64,000 nucleotides of DNA from Felis catus (Eukaryota). The position numbers and the translations under genes are program-made. Positions 36,083 to 51,000 of the stretch are shown piece after piece. The DNA lies in contig NC_058386.1 in the NCBI RefSeq assembly GCF_018350175.1, forward strand, positions 42,594,001 through 42,658,000. The letters are read 5' to 3'. The notes beneath the pieces are model-generated. The model made no database searches. It was given only the letters and a program-made list of their open reading frames with translations, and had not been told where the DNA came from. Every line of letters begins with the position of its first letter. Positions within the stretch are counted from its first letter, which is position 1.

Positions 36083-39000
36083 CAAACGCAGAGGGGGACA
36101 TCTGCTGAATGAGGGCCCGGCACTCCAGAGCAGGGTAGAGGGACACGAGGGGGGGAGTAGCCCGGTCAGCCCCTGCCGAGAACTGGCTGCTTGTACCTGG
36201 GGCAGAGGGATAGTCAGAGGCAGGGCTCAGGACCTAGGCAGCACCTCCTAACCCCGGCATGCTTCCCTGTCACCAACTCACTGACCTGGTGCACAGGGTG
36301 AAGGAGGTTTGGCAAGAGCTAAGACAGTGCCTGGGGAAGGGGGCTTGATGCCCAACTCGGTGTGCAGCTCAGGGTGCTCGGGTGAAGAGGCTGAACTCCG
36401 CTGCCGCGGGGACCTATTGGTCCACTCCTCTAGGCCACTGGAGGCTGCTGCTGTGGCAGAACTGCATGTGGCGCTGGCTTTCCGGGGCTGCAGTGGGAAG
36501 GAGGAGGAGGAGGGAAGGACCAACGCCAGTCATGACCCTCCTATGCCCCATCCCTAAGGGCTGGCTCCCTCCCGGAATCCTGGCTATGATACAGTTTCTA
36601 CATAGGCCACCATCATTCCTGGGCACACAGCAGACCACAGGACAAAGGTAAGCTCCTTAATCCTCCCTCACACCCTTACAGCCAATTTGACAGGGAACCT
36701 ATACTTCCACCTTCAAAATCCATTCAGACTCCATCCCCTTTTCTCCTTCCTTCCTAGCCAGCTCCGCCATCAGTTACCACTGGGACTATTCTAGTAGCCT
36801 CTGCCTCACAGGCCCCTGCTTCTACCCCTGCCCCCTAGATTCCATGTTGCACTCAGCAATCAGGGGGATCCTGTCCCTCCTCTGCTCACAACCCTCCAAA
36901 TGGCTTCTGCCTCACTCACAGTAAAAGCCAAAGTCCTCACCACAGCCCACAAGCCCCTTCTCAATCTGGCCCCACCACCTCTGACTTCATTTACTACTAC
37001 ATTCTGCTCAGCCACACTGGCCTCCTGAGCACACCCAAATCACACCAGGTGTGCCCTACCTCAGGGCCTTTGCTGGCCTTCTGCCTTGCCTGGCACATGC
37101 ACTTAGCTAACTGCTTTACCTTCTGCAAGCTTTTGCTCACATCTCACCTGCTCTCAGGCCTACCCTGACCACATTATTTAATACTGTGACCTCTCAGCGC
37201 CCTTAGCCCTACTCATTCCCTTTACCCTGCTCTACATGTTTCATCTGTCCCACCTCTCAACTAGTGCACTCATTATGTTTACTGTTTATTTTGTTCCACT
37301 CTGCAAAAATGTAAGCATCACAAGCACAGGGATCTGGGCCTGCCTGGCTCACCAATGTACCCCCGTACACTGAGAACAATGCCTGGCACAGACCTGCGAT
37401 CAATATTTGTTAAGTAAATGACTCAACTCTTTCCAGCATCTACAGTCACTCTAAACTCCTTGTGATTCCTCAAATGCCTGCCTGCTCTGCCTCCTCTCTG
37501 CCCTAAACATTCAACCTTCCTGTGTGAAGACTGATCAGAGCCCCCACAACTACTGGTCTCCTAGACAGGGTCAAGGGCTTCACTGATGTATGTCTCCCTC
37601 AGTAGACAGGGGATCTCTGAGAGTGGAGCAGGCCAGACCTGATTTTACATCCTCAGCACAGAGCCTAACGCACAAGGACCTTCAACAAAAGCCTGTCCCT
37701 CTGGAACTACCCATCAATCCCACGTGTCACCACCAGTGGCTGGCCTCCCTCACTCTTTTAGAGAGCTTGTTCTGCAAAGGTGTTGAGAGTTCTAAGGCAC
37801 AATGCCAAGACTCAGGCCAAGATGAGGTACAGAATGGGCTGGGAGCTTCCTTTTCTCCCAGATGTCAAAACTGCTTAATTTTTTTCTGTCAGTATGGGGG
37901 CAGAGCATGGGAAGTAAGGGGTTCTTGGCCAGGCCAGTGACAGAGCCCAGGACACACCTGGCTGGGGCCGCGGACCTGGCGGGCCTGTTTCTCTTGATCC
38001 CGTAGCCACTGCAGGTAGGATTCCCGAGCCACCTGCTCCTCAATGGCCTCGTTTGTGGCCTCCCAGTCTGTGGCCCGCTTCTTGTCTTCCAGCATCTGCT
38101 GTTCAATCCATGACTCCTCTGATGTTTTTATGGCATTCTTCATCAGGGACTGCTCTGCAAACTGCAAGGCACGGAGGACAGGGATGTAGGGTGACACTCT
38201 GAACTCCAGCCAAGAGACAGAACTGGCTCAGGATTATGAGGCTGTAGGCTCAGAAGACAGGGGATAGGAAGGCAGGTACTCCTACTAAGCACCCCCCTGA
38301 GCAGGCTGTCTATTCATCAGGTATCGGGGGAAGGCAGGCTGGGGTAGTGGGATTTGTCACTCCAAACTCCTACACTCAGAAGCCCTGCTCCCAACCCCAA
38401 GACACTTTGACTGAAGTACTACGTCTGGGGCAGCCAGGTACTGGAATTTAAAGATGCCTTACCCAGAGATGACTCAGTTTCATAATGCTGAGGCCTTCCT
38501 CACCTATGCCCACATGGGACAAGGAGAAAAGATCACCTGACCTGAAAAGTTAGCTGTGTGTACACAGGGCGAAGGGAGTATTTGGACATTTAAGGGGACA
38601 AGAGGACAGTACTGTCATGGTATAGGGTATTATGAGTTGTGGAACACCGTAGAAAAGTGCTTTTCGTCAGGCTATGAGATATAAAATAATGAGAAAAATA
38701 TCAGAGCATATTCCAGGCATTAAGTGTAATTATTGCTCAACAAAATTCTAACATTATTTTAATGCAGATATACACACTACACACCACTTAGTGTGTGTGC
38801 ACTAAGTTATGATGTAAAGCGTAGTTTTTTACCCATGTGTAATAGTCCAAAAAATGGACTATGTAAAATTGTTAGAACAAGTCAATTAAAAAGTAGGCAA
38901 AAAAAGTCTAAATACACAACCTCCTCAAAGAAGATATACAGATGGCAAATAAGCACATGAAAAGATGCTCAACACCATTTGTCATTAGGGAATTGCAAAT

Positions 39001-42000
39001 TAAAACAATGAGGTACCTTATCTGTTAGAGGTATCAGTAAGAACTGCAGCTTCATATAGATACAGATGGTTACATAAAAAAATATTTCTAGATAAGAGTA
39101 TACATAGAAATATTTCTAGGTAAGTGTATACATATGGGTTAGAATACACAGATATATTTCCTTGCTCTGTCAGCTGAAGGAGCCTAGAAGCAAGGACACC
39201 CCAGTAACAAGGAGCATACTCAGCATCCAGATCTTGATTTTGATGGGGGGTGGGAGGGAGGAGAGGGTGGGTGATGGGTATTGAGGAGGGCACCTTTTGG
39301 GATGAGCACTGGGTGTGGTATGGAAACCAATTTGTCAATAAATTTCATATAAAAAAATTAAAAAAAAATTAAAAATTTTTTAATGTTTATTTTTGAGAGA
39401 GTGAGCAAGCAGGGGAGGGGGGAGGGAGGGGGAAGAGGGAGGGGGAAGGGGGAAGGGGGAGGGGGAAGGGGGAGAGGGAGGGAGTCACACAATCTGAAGC
39501 AGGCTCCAGGCTCTGAACTGTTAGCACAGAGCCTGTTGTGGGGCTCAAACTCATGAACCACAAGATCATGACCTGAGCTGAAGTTGGATGCTTAACCGAC
39601 TGAGCTACCCAGGCACCTGCAGATCTTGGTTTCTAATAACACACTCCAATAAAGGGAACCAGGGATCTTTGGAGAAATGGCTGGTTCTAGAATTGGGGCA
39701 AGAAATACACAAGATGAACCTGGAGCACCTCATAGTGCCAGAAGCTACGAAGGTGCTACAAAATGAAACAAAATAAACAAACAAAACCCAAAATTTAAAA
39801 CAGCCCACCACCACAATGATAGGGGGATGTCAACGAAATGTAGGAACCAACTAAGAGAGCTCTTAATAGCCAAAACTGGAACAATGTGAGCATCAAAATC
39901 AATAAAAATAGTACTGGGTTACAATCCAGTATAAAAGAAATACCCTTGAGTCCACAGTGATATAAATAAATGGAGGACAAGAGACCAATCTCCCTTGCAG
40001 AATTCTACAGTTTATATAGGTACTACGCCCTCAAGAAGATAGAGCATAACCTCCACTTCTCAAGTGTGGGCTGTACATAATGGTTTCCTTCCAAACAGGA
40101 CAGTATGAAAAAGGGAATGGGGAAAGAGAGTAATTTTACAGTGGAGAAAATCTGACAAACACTACTTCCACTATCAGTCAAGGTCAACATCAACAGTCAT
40201 AAATCACGTTCACAGTATATACTACTGACATGATGTGATGAGAATGGCACTTTTACCACTGTGATCTTTCTCCCTAAAACCCATAGCCCCAGTCTAATCA
40301 TGAGAAAAACATTAGACCAATTCCAAAAGAGAAACATCCTACGACATACATGACCAGTACTCTTCATAACTGTGAAGGTCATCAAAAACATGAAAACGTG
40401 AGAAACTGTCACAAATAAGGGAACCTAAAGAGACATCATGATTTTAGTTAATAACAATGTATCAGTATTAGTACAAATATTATAACAAATGTCAATTCCA
40501 AAAGAGAAACATCCTACAATAAGTGACCTGTACTCCTCAAAGCTGTCAAGGTCATCAAAAACATGAAAATGTGAGAAACTGTCACAAATAAGGGAACCTA
40601 AAAAGACATCATGATTTCAGTTAATAATAATGTACCAATACTGCTTCAAATATTGTAACAAATGTATCATAGTCATCTAATGTTAATGATAGCGAAACTA
40701 TTGGGCTTGGGCGGGAGAAATGGAGAGAAGAATACATGGGAACTCTATACTATCTTCTTAATTTTTTGGTAGATCTAAACTTCTAAACCATTAAGTCTAG
40801 GTGCGCCTGGGTGCCTCAGTTGGTTGGGCGTCTGACTCTTGATTTTGGCTCAGGTCATGATCTCCTGGTTCGTGGGATCGAGCCCAGCTTTGGGCTCTGT
40901 GCAGAGCCTGCTTGGGATTCTCTCCCTCCCACTGCCCCCTCCCCTTCTGGCATGCATGCATATGTGCTCTCTCTCTAAATAAGTAAATAAACATTAAAAA
41001 AAAAACCCAAGCCTACAAAAAAAAAAAAAAAACTTAAGGCATTCACATTTTTTTTAAAAAAGGAAAAAGAGGGGTGCCTGGGTGGCTCCCCAATTGAGTG
41101 TCTGCAGCTCAGGTCATGATCTCAAGGTTCATGAATTCGAGCCCCACGTTGGGCTCTGTGCTCACAGCTCAGAGACTGGAGGATGCTTCGAATTCTGTGT
41201 CTCCCTCTCTCTCTGCCCCTCCCATGCTCGTGCTCTCTCTTTCAAAACATAAATAAACATTAAAAAAATAATTTTTAAGGGGCACCTGGGTAGCTCAGTC
41301 AGTTAAGCATCCAATTTCGGCTCAGGTCATCATCTCACGGTTTGTGAGTTCAAGCCCCATGTCGGGCTCTGTGCTGATGGCCTGGAGCCTGCTTCAGATT
41401 CTGTGTCTCCCTTTCTCTGCCTCTCTCCCTCAAAGGTAAATAAACATTAAAAAACAATTTTTTTGTAATTTTTTAAAAATAATAAATAAGGAAAAAGAAA
41501 AATGAGTGATCAGACCACAGAAAGTCACGGATGAATCTTAAATTTAAATACGTAGTGTTATGTGTGAGAAGCCACTCTGAAATACTGTAGGATTCCAATT
41601 CCATGACATTCTAGAAAAGGCAAAACTAGATCTGTAAACAGATCAAAGACAAAAACAAGGAAACTCAGAGAAACTGTCAGAGCCGAGAGGAGCCAAGACA
41701 ACTAAATGTAGTATGGTGTCCTGGACCAGATAAGATCCTAAGGGAAAGACTGAGGTCATTTAAATAAAGTACAGTCTTTAGTTAATTATCAATATTGCCT
41801 TTTGATTGTGACAAATGTTCTATGCTGACATGCTAATCAGAGTGGGGAACATGGAAATTCTCTACTTTCAGTAATTCTGACAATCTAAAACTATTCTAAA
41901 ATTAAAAGTTTACTTAAAAAAACAAAACAAAAAAACCCTCCATTGGAGGGTGTGTTGGTGTTAGGGTGTGCATTTCCTAAAATGAGGCAGGGGCACTTTC

Positions 42001-45000
42001 TGCTTATAGGAAGTGAAACCTGAATAGAAGATAGCAAAATCCCCAGAAGATGACTGTTTATGAGAGAGAATGAGAATGTCAGCGTGTGCTGGAAAACATA
42101 CTGTCACCTTCTGAGCACCTACTAGGCACCAGGCTCAGTGTTAGGCACTTACTGTATAGGCTGAGCTACCAGCCCAGATTACTTGGGTAAATCTACCCTA
42201 GGTCCCACAGCCAGTAAGTAGTACAGCCAGGCACGCACTTTAAGTCTCTGAACACAGCTGTCTATAACTGCTGAGTTTCAGAAGAGGATCCATGTGGGTG
42301 CCAAGATACCCATACCAAGCCTTGGTTCACAGTTCTCAGATGTGCCTCCATATCACAAAATGTCAACCATCAACAGGCATGAAAGATGGGTAAGCCAGCT
42401 GGGACAGGCAAATGGAGACCACAGACTGAGCCCTGAGATCCCCTCGAGTTAACTCCCTATTTTTATAAAGGTGAGACCTCAGGGGCAACTCAGAGGGGAC
42501 AGGACATTTTTGTGGACTAGGGCATAACTGAGACCCCAACAGAGGTTTTTGGCCTCTGTATCTAGCAGTCATCCTGAGCAGGGGGATCCACTTACCCCCG
42601 GTTTGAATGACGGCAGGCCTAGCCCCACACCAATGGTGGCCTTGTTGGGATTCACCACTGAATTGTAGTGGATATTCCGATGGTAGCTGACGCGGATGGG
42701 TTCATCCTCATTTTGATGGATCCCATGGAATGTGTTGATGGGTTCTGCAGAGAAAGAGAAGGAAGGAGCATCCACAATGGGCCAGGCAGGGCAGGCTCGG
42801 ACCAGGTGCAGTCGGTTGCTCACCTACCCACCACAGAAGTACCTGTGCTGTACTGGTACACCTCCACGGGCCGGTTGTACATCTCTGCCATGGCCTGCAT
42901 CTCAATGTGGTTGCCATGGCAGTTGTTTTTCCGCTTCCTGTTGATGTAGGTGGTGAAGTCCTCTGTGACATAGTTGGAGAAGTAGTCTGCATTCTTCATC
43001 TGCAGAACAGATTGGAGAATCAAGGTCTGCAGGGTGAGGAGATGCACCCATACTGCCCCCACCCCAAGGCCTCCACAGGGTCTCACCAGGTAGTCCATGC
43101 AATGCTTTCGTACAACCTCATGCATGTCCTGGTCTCCATATACCTGGTCAGCTGTGGGGAGAGGAGAAAGGAGAGGCTGGGGTTAAGAGCTGCCACCAGA
43201 AGAGTTTGGAGTCATGGAACATCCTTGGTGGTGGAGGGCTGGGGGCCAGAAAAACTCCTTTTCCTACACTAAAGGCCTGGAGAGTGCTAGGCTTTGTGGG
43301 CTGGAATGGGGTCATGGAAAAAGAGGCAGGCAGGGACAGTCTTTAGGAACAAGAGTATAGGCGAGAGGAACACAACCACAGTCCTCTCAGGCAGATGAAT
43401 TTGTCCAGGGCTTGCCAAGCCACTCAGACAAGTCAATAAACATTTTAAGTCCCCTAAGTGGTCTTGAGCACCAGCAATTCCACACTCCCCCTTCACTCTT
43501 CACACGAGGAAGCCAAGGTTCAGGGAGAGTTTGTGGCTTCATCAAGGTCACACAGCAAGTGAGTCTGACGGATTCAACTCTAGAATCCAGTTTTCCTGAC
43601 TCCTGGGAGCCAGCATGGCCTCTGTAGGTTAAAAAAATGAAAAAAGAAGAGACAAGAAAAACAACTGGGCTCGAAGCCTAGTTCTGCCAGGTCCTAGTGA
43701 GCTAAGCGACTAGAAGAAAGCAACCCAAGTGTTCCGAGCCTCATGTGCCTCACACACAAAACAGGAACAAGTAGGATGATTCCCTAGCAGGCCTCTTGTG
43801 GGATCAATGAGATAAAGGGTATAAGGTGACTAGGACGGGGCTTGGGACAGACCAGCCACTCAGCAAATCAAGAGTTCCCTACCCATAGTGGGGCCTGAAT
43901 GTGGGGTACTGTGAAGGTGAGAGAGGTGAGTAAAATCCTGCCCCTGCCTGCAAGAAGCACGTAATCTAAGCAAGAGAAATAAGACACATATGAACATAAC
44001 TTAAACTTAATTCAGGAAAGGCAGCCTATGGCCCAAATGGTCTAGGCATCATGGGGTTTTGGTCAAAATAAGAACCAGGCTCCTCCTGCCTCACTCTGAG
44101 GATCTTCACACATGCCATTTCCTCTTTTCAGGGCATTCTTTCCATTCTCCTCGGCTGCCTACCTGTCAAATACCCATGTGTTCTTTATACAGTTCCCCAT
44201 CTCTCCCACCCTCCAAAGCACTTCTATCACCAGATTTATCAAAGATGTATGCAGACTTCCTCTGCCTGAGCACTCTGACTTCCACTGAGGGCTGAGAGCA
44301 GTTCACATCCAAGTCCACCCCAGCTCAGAGGCCAATACAGTACAGGAAATCGGGAAGAGCTTGCTGACTGGATGGATAGGCTGGGGTGGGGGGAGGCCGG
44401 GAGTCTTGTCCCTGGGAAATTAAAGTGGGCTTGAAGACGAGGCCCACCTGGTGTCCACTGGCTAAGACAAAGAGGGAATTTCCCTTTGTCTCCCCAAAGG
44501 ACCAGGACCACTGCTCTGATGGGATCACCCGGGGCACTGGGGCAGGGTCAAGTCCCTCAGGGGACACCACAGAGTTCTTCCATGAGAGCCAGTCTGCCTT
44601 GGAAGAATCACTGGAAGAACGCCTTTGCCGCCCTCCCCCTTCCCTCCCTGGAGGATTCTGTGAGATAAGGAGAAAAATGCTACTTCTGAGATAGAAAACG
44701 GGGCCAATGCCTGTCTCATGTCCTCTTCGGAGGTGCAGAGGACTGAGGGGGAGGGGAGCTGTGAAGGCGGGAAGGGGTAGCCCCTTCACCGATGTAAACA
44801 AGGATGTGGGTTCTGCGGCCACACTCTTCCCCACCCCCCAGCAGCACTTCCAGCAAGTCACGTGCCCTGCGCACAGGCTGGGGGCCCCCTGCTGCCGCCT
44901 TTCTTAGAAGCCAGGACCACAGAGCCCTCTGTGGCTGCCGAGAGCTATTTATGTAGAATGAGCTTGGGGTGCTGAGGAGGCAGTGCTGCCAGCAGCTGCA

Positions 45001-48000
45001 GTAAACAGGAACTGAGATGGCGGCAAAGGGGTTAAATAGGGGCTGGGCTGCGAAGCTCAAGGAGGTAGCTGAGATGTTCCTAGGGAAGGATCAACAGGCA
45101 TTTGCAGGCCTGGGAGATGGATCTACCTGAGCTAGATGCCAGATGCAAGAAAATGGAGGAAAGGGGAGACTGGGACAGGGAAGGGAACTGAGGGAACCTC
45201 ATGAAGGTCCCCCTGCTCCATTCCCCTGCCACTGTCTCCTTTGCCTTAGCAGAAAGGCTCTGCTGCCTCCTAGCTGTGTGGCACTGGACAAGACCATCAA
45301 GCTCTCTGGGCCACAATGTCTTCTTCCGAAGTGGAGAGAGTAACTCCTCTTCCTTTCACAGGGAGCTGTAAAGACTAGGGGTAGGGTTTGCTGAACACCT
45401 AAGGTGTACTAGGTGTTCAAGAAATGGGGTTCCATTTATTACGAGTAGACGCTGACTCTTTCAGATGGCCAACCACTCACAAGTCAGTCAGAATGTCACC
45501 GGAACCACTTATTTAAGCCCTTCCTCATTTCTGTCACTTCCTCAGCCAGAGGAATGCCCCAAACTTAGGAGTCTAGGCTGTCCCTCCTCACACAGGCAGG
45601 ACTGGGTCTCAACCTTTACTGAATTCAAAGGTCCACAGGTCTACCTTCTGTATCCATAGTTCAAATCTTTAGCAACCAAATTAACATCAAATCAATAATA
45701 CAAGCTTCACAAACCAGGGCCCTTAAGTGTGGGCAAGGTATAACTTTACCTTCCTACCTACCTCCCTGTAAAATATCCCCTTCTCTCTTCAATTCTAAGA
45801 TGCACTGGTAGGTGGTACCACACATGCATTTAAATCGCAGCTTTTGTTAGGGGTGGTAGTGGCACGGCACAACCCACCTACCTGATTATAAGATATACCC
45901 CAGTTTGGGGAATCATACACATGGAAGAAAATATGTTATCTGAACCAGCAAAACGGAACAATAATACCTCCCCAAAGAGGGAGAGGAGAAGGGTCTTTAC
46001 AGTGATCTAAGGCAGGGAAAAGCATCCAGGGCAGGGCAGAAACACAGGCAGCCCTCAATGAGGCGGTGCTTGCCTGACTTTGCTAGCTCCACCTCTGTCC
46101 TCCAGAAAGCCCTCCTCCTCTGAGAGGGTAGCCATATGGGACCAGGGGCTAGGCTGGGCTGGATTTCCCTGTGGGGGCCAAGGTGGGGGAAAGGGCCAAT
46201 GGACCTGCAGAGGTAGGGGAATTCAGAGAACTTGTTTTGATAGAAACTGAAACTCCTCTTCTTGCTGACGCTGCACTTGTGGGCAACGTGCACCTGCTCT
46301 CCCTTCCCAGAGTCCAGCTGAAGGGGGTCCCCACTACCTCACCTCTGTCCCCAACCCAAAGAACGCTCAGAAATCCTCAGGACAGTACTACAATTGGTTC
46401 CACTAAGGTCTTTTCACATTCCAACTTCTTCCATCTTCATCCCAAAAAAGCCCTACTTTACACAGGAGGGATACTGAGGTACAAAAATACAGCACAGCTG
46501 GCCCAAGGCCACACATCTGGGAGGGTGAAGGTGAGGCCAAGCTCTCAAGAAATAACCAGTGACTTCAAACACTCATGCTCCAGGTGATGTTACCACCACT
46601 CCCAATCCACCTATCACCTTAGCCACCTGACTGCCTAGGCAAGGCCTGATTCTGTCTGCCTCAGTTTCTCCACCAGCACAAACAGGAATCAGCTGGAACC
46701 CAGGAAAGGCCTGGGAGTGAGCAGAGATTACAGAGAGGTCAGTATCCCACACCGGTCCTTTCTCTGAGCATGCTGAGACACCAGCACAAAAATGCATGTG
46801 CACACACACACACAGCCAGCAGATCCTGCCAAAGACATTCCCTGAGGCCAAATACCCATACCACCCTGACAACTACAGAGACCTATTGTATTCCACAAGT
46901 AGCTGCCCTTGCTGCTAACCAAGAAAGACTAAAGGTTGCACATGAGGCAAGGCTGTACAAACTGAGGACCCCCACCTCCTTCCTACCCTTTGCCAGGGGC
47001 TTAATGGGAGGGAGGAATACCCAATAGCTCTAACAGACTTGCCTCAACCTCCTTCCCCTATTGCCTGAGGGAAGGTTCCCCCAAACCTCTGTAATCCTTC
47101 CTCCTTAGTCTCCCAAAAATAAAGTCACTATTTGCCAAAGAGTTATGTGCAGAAGCAAGACAGGAGAGCCTGGATAATCTAAAGGAGTTTAATAAAGTAC
47201 AGGGCTATACCATTTGTTTTAGAGGCACCTGGGACCTGCCTCCCCACCAGGCTGCTGCCTGCCTGCCTGCTAGAAGAGCCACAGCAAGTTCTGCTGAGGA
47301 CAGAAAAGGAAGCTTGGTGTCTGCAGGGAATCTAAAAACAAACCACACAAATGTGTGTACACACAGCAGCAGGGGGAGACAGGAACCTGATCTGTTCCCC
47401 ACTTGCCTCCTGGCCCACTGTGAATGCCAGCCCCACCAAGAAGATGAGCCAGAAAAAAAGGCCTCACCTGCCTATCAAGCAGCTGTTGTGTGCACCTGGC
47501 CCATGGCCCCAAATGGCACACCCTCAGTGGGGGAGACATCCTCAATTAGGGGGAGACAAAACTCAGTCCTCTTAACAGCCTGTCTCTGAGATGCCTGCTC
47601 CTCTACTTAAGGATTCCCATGGCAAAGATGGGAAAACTGAAGGAGGCAGGGCAGAAAGAGCCCAGTGGAAACTGGTATCATGGTGGCCCATGGGAATTTT
47701 CTCCTCTGGCCTAGTTCAACCTCAAACACCATGTTCTGACACTGGCTATGTGACCTAGATAATAACGTCCTGGCTTTCTCATAAGGCCTCAGTTTTCCCA
47801 TTAACAAAACAGTCAAAATTAATGAAAGATTCATCCCTCCAATGCTGATGGTCCAGGCTAATGTTTCCGGGCCCCACCATTGCAACATGTACAACTCCAG
47901 CTGTTTCCTCATGGCCCATGCAGACAGATGCACGTGTGGCCTCCACTTTGCCCACAGAGGCCAGGGCCAGATGTTTTGGCTGAGTCAAAGCCATGTGGGG

Positions 48001-51000
48001 AGAGGGAAGAAGGAGAGAGGCAGACTCATGTTTCCAGGAGGAGGTTATCTGAACATAGCAGGGGCAGGGTGGGCCACCAGACACCTCAGGAACTCAGACT
48101 TGTACTTCTACTCCACCCAAGCCTTCACTGATGCTCACAAGTCCCCAACAGGGGGTAGTGGGAGAGAGCAGTGAATACTGGTTTACAGTACGGACACCTG
48201 GACTGCAGAGGTAAAACAGAGGGTAGAGAAGCAAAGCTGAGAAGGCAGGGCTTTCCCAGGGTCATAGAAAGAATGTGTCCTTGGGATACCTCTGGGTCCC
48301 CATGCCAGCTCTACCACTAATGACCCTTTCCTGAGCCTCAACCTTCTCACCTGTCTCATGTGATAATGATCCCAATTTTGCAGGTGAATCTGAAGCACCA
48401 AGCTGAGTGCCAGCGAACAAAACAGTCAGGGTCAACAAACAACAGAGTGGTCTCTGTGTGTGCAATCCCCCTCCAACTCCAACCTTCAGTGATGTGCTCC
48501 TTCCACTATTCAATGCATAGCAGGAAGTCAGAAGCTATAGGCCTTCTCACCAGAGCTCAGGGCAACTACCACCTGTCCCTGTACAAGCCAGGCTGGAAGC
48601 AGAGGGGCAGCAGAAAGCTGGAGGACAAAGTCCCTTTCTCTGGCACATGTCCTGTGCACTCTGCTGCAGGGAAACTTCCAGATGAGGCCTGGAGACCCAG
48701 GGGCCATGTACTTCTAGAGAGAGGCCATGGGGCTTCTGAGGTTTTACAGAGAAAAGCCAAGGGCAGCTCAGTTGGGGGAAATGGGTAGCCATAGTGCTGA
48801 TAGGGAAAGGCCTTCAACCTGCCACGGTCAGCTCTTCCTATAAGCTCAGGCCCTTTACTGGAAGGCCTGGGGTGGGGGCAGGGGGAGTGTGGTGTGGTGT
48901 CAGAGGGTGTCTGGGGAGGTCAGCTAGATGGACATACGTGAAAATGTTGCTGTTGATATGGGTTACTACATAAACCAGGTCGTTACTAGCCCCAAGATCT
49001 GCCTCAAAGACTGCCTGAGACCAAGTATACCCGGCTACATTCTCTTACATTCACTCCACTAGTAGCCCTGTTTATCCCACATCTCGCCTGAGGTTTCAGC
49101 ACAGGGCCTAGCACCTAAAAGGCCCCCCCCCACCTATTCTTTCTTTGCCTTCCTTGGTCCAAGATGCCCCCAAACCCAGCACTTTCTGTAGGAAACATTC
49201 CAGGAGAACACAGACTTGAGCCATAGGGGGAGGAGGACTGGGATTTTCCCAGGCCAGCACAGGCCACTGCCTGGACCTCTTCCCCTTGGTAGAACTGGCA
49301 GGCAAGCACTCACCCCATGTAAACTTCTTCCACCCATTCAATAAACACTTGTGGCTCTGAGACACCACCAAAAACAGCATTTAGGCTTTACCAATGCTAC
49401 CGTTCCGAGGGCCTACTGTCAGGCACTAAAGAGATTTACTGAAGTAATCTCGTTTATCCGTTGTAACACTGGGTCTCTCAGCCTCCTGTTACAGCCTTGG
49501 AAGTAGGCTCAAGCAAAAAGAACTGGTTGCCCAAGTTCACACCAAGAATCAGTGGCACAGCCAAAAGTGGAGCCTGAGTCAGTCCAGCCCACCAGTACTC
49601 ATGGGGGCTAGCCACAGAGAGGATAGCAGACCTTGTAGGGATTCAAGGAGTCCTTCAGAATCAGTACCATTTAACAGATGGGGAAATATAAGTTTTTGAA
49701 TCAGGGCCAGAACTAGAAGATAGCACTTCTGACTCCTAGCTGAAAGCTGCTATCAGAGAGCCCTTCTTCCTGGTAGATTATCAGAGCCCCAATGGAAGGG
49801 TCAGATCACATTCCCCAATTTCCCCGGACACCAGCACAGGGCCTTACAACTGCCTATTGAGTCACAGGTTCAGAGCCAGAGGGAGCTCAAAGATACTGCT
49901 CAGACTGGACAGTTGATGGCATTAAGGAATTATGAATGTTGTTAGGTAAGATAATAACACTTTGGTTATGTTAGGAAAAAACAGAAAGAAAGAACCCTTA
50001 TCTTCCAGAGAAACATACTTAAGTATTTAACATATGAAATGATCCAATGTTGGGGTTTTGCTTTAAAAATACTCTTGCTTCAGGACAGTGAAAAAAAAGT
50101 GGGCAAGACAGTGATAAAACAAGGCTGGCCATGTGTTGATGACTATTTTGAAGATGAATGATGGGTACATGAGAATTCACTATTCTACTTCTGTGTAAGT
50201 TTAAAAAAATTCCATGGTCCCAGGGTGACAGCAGTGTGCTGTGGTTAAGAGCATGGGCCTCAGACTAACCTGACCCAGAGACCCCTGACTCTACTATGTA
50301 CTACCTGATCCTGGGCAGGTCACTCCCCTGCTCTAAGCTGCTTTTCTCATCTGACAAATGGAAACCATGACAGTCCCTACACTTACCTAGCCTGGGGGAG
50401 AATTAAAAAGGGTTTCCTTTAGTGGCTGACAGTGCAATCTGTCACCAAGTATTGTTATTTTCTTTATCACTATTACTGTTATTACTTCCGTGCCACCACA
50501 CTGCCTCATGACCAAAGGCTAGAGGCCAGATACTAATTTGAAGCTGGGGCCTGGAGTCCTGAAAAGACCAGTAAACTCTACCCTCAACCCTATCTTAGGG
50601 ATTACTCCTAAAAATTAGAAGTAACTCAGGGGCATCTCTAGGCCCTTGAAGGCTGAGGCAGAGACTCACCTACAGCCCGGAAGAGACAGGCGCCGTCCTC
50701 CTTCATCTGCTTGATGATGAAGCCCTTCTTGTCCCTCAGGGCCTTTTCAAACCAGTGCTCCTGCTGGAGGGAAGAGGTGGGGGTCAGCAACAGGAAAGAC
50801 CTGTACCCCCTCCCCATGGCCCTGCCCTCCAATTCCCGAAGGGCCTAGCTAAATGGCAGGGTCAAACTCCCAGCCCTGTTTGACACTCTATGCATGCAAA
50901 GGAAGAGGAGACCCTTTCTTTTAGGGAACTGGTCATTGTGTAAGCAGAAGACTTGCTCCCAGAAGGGCCTCATCTGCTTTCTGACGGACCCCTGCTGACC

